Source: Octopus vulgaris
Taxonomy: Eukaryota
Direction: 5' to 3'
DNA: 64,000 nucleotides
Assembly (NCBI GenBank): GCA_951406725.2
Contig: OX597824.1
Span: 3,720,001-3,784,000 of the forward strand
The notes beneath the pieces were generated by a model, which saw only the letters and a program-made list of their open reading frames with translations, had not been told where the DNA came from and ran no database searches. The translations under genes were made by a program, and so were the position numbers. Numbering within the stretch: position 1 is the stretch's first letter; every line of letters begins with the position of its first letter. Positions 58,514 to 64,000 of the stretch are shown piece by piece.

Positions 58514-59924
58514 AATGGAGATAATATTAAATAGATTATATCAATTAAAAACAAATAACCATTCATATTGATGAGAATGGTCCATCTTATTATAATTCGG
58601 GTTGACATGTGAGTACTCTAACCGAACCTAACCATTTCTTACCAGTGTGTGGTTACGTAACCCAAAATGCTTTCTTTCTTTATGATGTATTTTGTATTTT
58701 TAATCATTGCATTTTTATGTATTTTTCCTTTTTTTTTTAATATATAATTAAAAGGTGCAGCAGTTTATATTCTTATATTACTGTGATATATAAATAAGTA
58801 AGTAAGAAAGAAAGTCAGTCTGTGTGTGTGTGTGTGTGTGTGTGTATGCATATTTGTATATGTGTATGGATAAGAATGGATGTAGGTTGGTGATTGTTCT
58901 ATGTTTGATGGTGTAGGTTGGTGAATTCCTTGACATGTCCTCTTTGACAGAGAATAAATCCGTTAAGGTCTTAATTAATTTTTAATTACAACTCCTGATA
59001 TCTATTGATTTCTTATAGTTTCAGTCTCATTGTAAAACCATAAACTAATTTAGATAAGTGAATTTGGATTGTATATTTATATGATGTTTTTGTTTCTTGC
59101 ATGTTTTAAGCCACGCCTAGTTCTCCTTGGTATTCAAATGTACTTTTTGAAATGCATCACTAGCCCAGCAAATGTCAGTTATGCCCGAGTCCATGTTAAA
59201 AATTTTATCTAATTATGGTGTATTGTATATTATGATGTAATCTTTTATAACTGTATTAATTAAAACTATCAAAACAGCTGTCACTATTTGCATTTACTTT
59301 ACACATACACACACACATTATCATCATCATCGTTTAACATCCGTTTTTTTGTGCTAGCATGGGTTGGACGGTTCGACTGGGGTCTGGGAAGCCAGGGGGC
59401 TGCACCAGGCTCCAGTCTGATCTGGCAGTGTTTCTACAGCTGGATGCCCTTCCTAACACCAACCACTTCATGAGTGTAAGTGGGTGCTTTTTATGTGCCA
59501 GGGGGAGGCTGGCAGCGGCCACGATCGGTTGGTGATTTTTACGTGCCACCGGCACAGAAGCCAGTCGTGCAATATAAATTTGGGCTCCTATTAGTACCAT
59601 ACTGCGAAAACACAATTGTTGAGTAACCTTATATAGCTTGCCTCGTGTTTCCAAGTAAGCTTTCAGACTCAGATACAGATGGCTCAACTTTAAGTCCTGT
59701 GTATATTAATTGATATTCATCTTTTGCTGGATGGAATATTCTTCTTAATTAACCCACCAATAATGGAACAATACATTTTATATACATACATACACTCATA
59801 CATACACACACATACATAAAAGTTGTAAACTTGATGACTTAAAACTTTATGCGCAAAGAATATGCATGAGATGAAAAAGAGACGTGACCTAGTTACAACA
59901 TTCTCAGTCCTGCTGCAAGTTTCT

Positions 59925-60016
59925 GCTATGGCCCTTGGGCTGACCAAAGCTTTGTGAGTGGATTTGGTAGACGGAAACTGAAAGAAGCTTGTCGTATATA
60001 TGTGTGTTTGTGTGTG

Positions 60017-60047
<31 letters not shown>

Positions 60048-60365
60048 ATGTGTGTGTGTGTGTGTGTGTGCACGTGCGCAGGAGTGGCTGTGTGGTAAGA
60101 AGATTGCTTACCAACCACATGGTTCTGGGTTCAGTCCCACTGCATGGGACTGAAGTGGGCAAGTGTCCTTGGGCTGACCAAACCCTTGTCAGTAGAGTTG
60201 GTAGACAGAAACTGAAAGAAGCTTGTCATATATATGTGTGTTTGTGTGTGTGTGTTTGTGTGTGTTTGTGTCTGTGTGTGTGTGTATATGCATGTATTTG
60301 TGTGTCTTTGTCCCCCCCCCCCCATTTCCTGTTAACCAATTTTGGTATGTTTACATCTCTGTAAC
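59925..60365 (+). mobile_element. Two tandem SINE family C copies with (TG)n tracts
   Basis: Repeated ccttgggctgaccaaa...gtagac(g/a)gaaactgaaagaagcttgtc followed by TG runs. Confidence 0.75.
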
Positions 60366-61699
60366 TTTTGGTCTCTCCTATTAGCTCAACTGTTTCATTG
60401 ATGGAATGAAGTCTCGAAGAGGGCCTACCATAGTCTTCCGAGTGTTCCTTTGCATTTTTTTAATGTTTTTGTTTTTGAAGATTGCTGAGAATTTATCAGG
60501 TCCTGTGGCTGAGTTTAAGTTCTTTTCATCAATGACTGATATTACATCAATTTCCTCTATTTTGGATCATCATCATCATCATCATCATCATTACCATCGT
60601 TTAACGTCCGCTTTCTATGCTAGTACGGCGGTTGTCGGTTTATTCTACCTTAAGCTTTCTCTTAAGTTATATTAGTTATTTAGGCTTTCCTCTGAGTAAG
60701 GGAAAATATAATGATTCAACGTCACTTATACTCAAGTGTTATCATCATATCTAAAACCCTAACTGCAGTTATAACGTCATATAGACATATACGCATGGAA
60801 CGCTACATCAACGACCATGTATGTTGAATATTTTAATCGTGTCCTTTAAACCGCTATAAGAAACATAAAACAAAGATTACAGAAATGCATCTTTATCTAA
60901 GCTCAGTTGAGAAACAAACGTGAAGACAAACATTTCTTTTTGATTATTTTTATTATATAAATATAACATTTTATATTTATTTACAGTAAGAAAGATACTT
61001 TCGTCGTGAAGAAAAACGACTTTAAATTCCTTAGCTAATTTCTTCTTTCTATCTAATAAGTTAACCAACAAATCAAAATAGATTTGTGCTTAACTTGGAC
61101 ATGGCATAAAAATTACCGATGTCTCCAAAAGAGTGAGTGACGTGGAGTTGAGTGACTACCAAACGAACACTGATATATCTTCCAAAATCCAGGGTTTTTA
61201 TAACTGCTAAAAAGAATCGAAATCCATGACAGATATTCTTTTCGAAACTTCTAGAATCTTTATATGAGCAGTTATATTAACCAATGGAAAAAACCAAAAT
61301 GATAATTCTTTGGCAAAGACATTACGTCATATTGCCAATTCGCGCCACATTTCAAAATGGCTAAAATGGTTATTGCTACACTAGCATGGGTTGGACGATT
61401 TTGACTGACGGCTGGTGAACCAGATGGCTGAGAGTATAGTGGGTGCTGTTTACGTGCCACCGGCATGGGGGCCAGTCAAGCGGTACTGGCAATGACCTCG
61501 CTTGATTCTTTTTATACATGCCACTGGCACAGGTGCCAGCCATCCCTTCATGCAGAGCAGCTGTTGTATTGAAGAACTTAGAATTATTTGCAAGTATCTT
61601 CACACAAATGTGAAACCACTTTTGTATTTTGTATTCATTATTTCACTTATCCTTTGGGAGTCCACAGTCAGTGGGCCATGATCATACTGAAGCAGACTT

Positions 61700-62100
61700 A
61701 GAAATCTATAGAAAGCTTTGAGTTTGGGTATTACACTCTTTTGTTAGAGACCTAACTTCTTTTTCTACTCTCTCCTTTCCATTGTTAGAGTTCGCTTTGA
61801 ATCTCAAACATTCTTCACTGTTCTTTTGTGGTCCATTTAGGCGTTTTGAGATCTTTGCTAGTCATCACATTAGAATTTTCCTATCCCTGGGTATTATGTT
61901 TTTTTGTTGGTTTGACATTCTCTCTAGAGCAAATTTACTGCATATGTCATGCATGATTGTCATAAAGCTAAAACATGACATGGTTGTCACGTAGTTTTAT
62001 GTCAATATTCTGCCTAGAGAGACTTGCAGACCAGTTTTGTCCCGAAATTTTTTCTGAATACCTTTCCAATTAGCTTTAAGGAAGTTCATGCTGGAAAAGC
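61700..62100 (-). mobile_element. CR1-group LINE ORF2 linker fragment, degraded
   Basis: Minus strand FSSMNFLKANWKGIQKK...IIPRDRKILM...NSKAFYRF. Confidence 0.55.
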
Positions 62101-62344
62101 GCTACCATGCTGTGCTCACTCTCACCGCCGACCGCACAAGCCTCATCCAGCCGGCGCCAGCCCGACAACCAGAGTTCTTGGCTGACGGTGTTGCATGCTT
62201 TGTGGCTCCATGATCCTCACTCACTCGCTCTTCCTTCCTTCCTCTCCTGCGTCCGCCGGTGGCTACCACCTCCGGCCATCGCGGCCAGCTTCGGCAATTG
62301 CGCTCTGTTCCGCTGCCGGTGCCGCAATCGCTCAGTTTCTGTTT

Positions 62345-63270
62345 CAATTTATTGTTTCATTTTTATTGATTTCATAATAAATATTTAATTTAAATTATTT
62401 ATTTATTTAGCAATAAATATTTAATTGAATTAATTAAGTTATTTCTCTATTTAATAATAAATGTGTAATTTAATGAATTACGTATTTAATTAATTCATTT
62501 ATTTCATAATAAATATGTAATTTAGTTAATTGATTTATTTATTTTTTATTTATTTAACAATAAATATTTTATTTAATTTAAGTAATCAATTTACTTATTT
62601 ATTTATTTAAAAATAAATATTTAAATTATTTAATTCATTATTTAATTAATAAATTTATTTATTTAATAATAAATATATAATTTCATTAATTAATTTATTT
62701 TTTATTTCATAATAAATTTTTAATTTAATTATCTAATTATATAATTTAATTAATTAATCAATTGATTTTTTATTCATTTAATACTAAATATTTAATTTTA
62801 TTTATTTATTTATCTATGTATTTAATAATATAGCTTAAATAAATAAAGAAAAAATCAATTAAATATTTATAATTGAATAAATAAATAAATATATTAACTA
62901 ATTAATTTATTAAATTAAATATTTATTATGAAATAAAAAAAATCAATTAATTAAAAAATTATTTAAATATTTATTAATAGTTATTGAATTATTTAATTAA
63001 ATTCCTTAATTATCTATTTAATTAATTGATTAAATAATTTATTTTTTATTTTATTTATTACCTAATTAAATTAATTACATAATTAATTAATTCAGTAATA
63101 ATATATAGTTAATTTAATTAAGTAATTAATTAATTAATGATTTTAATTTAATAATGAATATTTAATTTATTTAAATAATTAATTTAATAATTTTTAATGA
63201 TCAATTTTTAATTTAATTAATTTATTTATTTAATTTAATTATATAAATTATGTATATATATATATATGAA
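62345..63270. repeat. Extremely AT-rich degenerate tandem and inverted repeat
   Basis: Almost only A/T; aataaatatttaatt-type units recur, and appear reverse-complemented (aattaaatatttatt) after about 62850. Confidence 0.85.
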
Positions 63271-63276
63271 TATATA

Positions 63277-63660
63277 GTGCCCGGATAGCCACCCTTGCAA
63301 GCTATGCAGATGATACGAAAGTCTCGCAGAAAATACAGAACCCCAGCGAAGTTGCTCATCTGCAGCAGGAGTTGGACTCAATTTACAGATGAGCTGAGGA
63401 TAATAATATGCAGTTTAATGCTGAAAAATTCCAAGCCCTGTGCTACTAGCGTCGAAAACTGAATATGAAACTCACAGTGTACACTGGTCTACAGGGAATT
63501 TCAATCTCAGAGCCTAAATCAGTGAGGGACCTGGGTACAGCCATGAGTGATGATACCTCTTTCCAAGTGCACATCACCAGCATGGTAACAAAGTGCAGAT
63601 GACTGGCTGGATGGATCCTAAGAACATTCAGAACCAGAGTTAAGGAAACCATGATGGTCC
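63277..63660 (+). mobile_element. CR1-group LINE RT fragment
   Basis: SYADDTKVSQKI...LQQELDSIY...NNMQFNAEKFQ...VRDLG...LAGWILRTF with stops. Confidence 0.85.
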
Positions 63661-64000
63661 ACTTTCACCCTCCGCAAAAAATTCCAAATTTTATTTAATT
63701 TGCTTTGCGACAAGGACTGTTTCAATGACGTGTGCCTCTTGTCCCTGCCTTCGTAACGTGGAGTAAATTAAACAGGGGACAACTGAAGAAGGGGAATATT
63801 CTTTATGTTGTACGTCTCGTTTCCCTCTTTGTTTTTTTCGTTGTTCGGAAAAAAGTTCGTTTCTATGTTTTTGTTTTTATGTTTTCGTTTCTCATTGTGT
63901 TCAACGTTTTTTTGGATGACCTGTACCCATATATGCATGTATATATACATATATATGTAGGTATGTACATATATGTAAGTATATATGCATATATTTATAG

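Overview
AT-rich, intron-containing animal genomic DNA, dense in retroelements and microsatellites. The repeat families look like those of a coleoid cephalopod, probably Octopus; this is inferred by recognition, not by a search. Two + strand protein-coding genes can be spliced together by hand. The first is an ENTPD5/6-like apyrase (GDA1/CD39 family) with 12 coding exons, 10020-32814, 428 aa. The second is a two-coding-exon GT31 beta-1,3-galactosyltransferase-like gene, 52972-58513, 345 aa, with altered catalytic motifs. The rest is mostly transposon debris: RTE, CR1-group (one near full length) and Dong/R4-like LINEs, Penelope-like fragments, several tRNA-derived SINE families, a mariner fossil, a Gypsy fossil in permuted order, Helitron ends and a MITE. 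Most short ORFs in the track are repeat artefacts. Best leads: (1) a hammerhead-ribozyme-like motif in two covarying copies, one at the 3' end of a Dong/R4-like LINE; (2) further hammerhead motifs, one with a branched stem II; (3) a dense SINE array with inverted copies and a near-perfect hairpin downstream of the ENTPD stop; (4) a mariner end abutting an ENTPD splice acceptor; (5) a splice-assembled uORF ending at the ENTPD start codon. Repeat boundaries are by eye and approximate.
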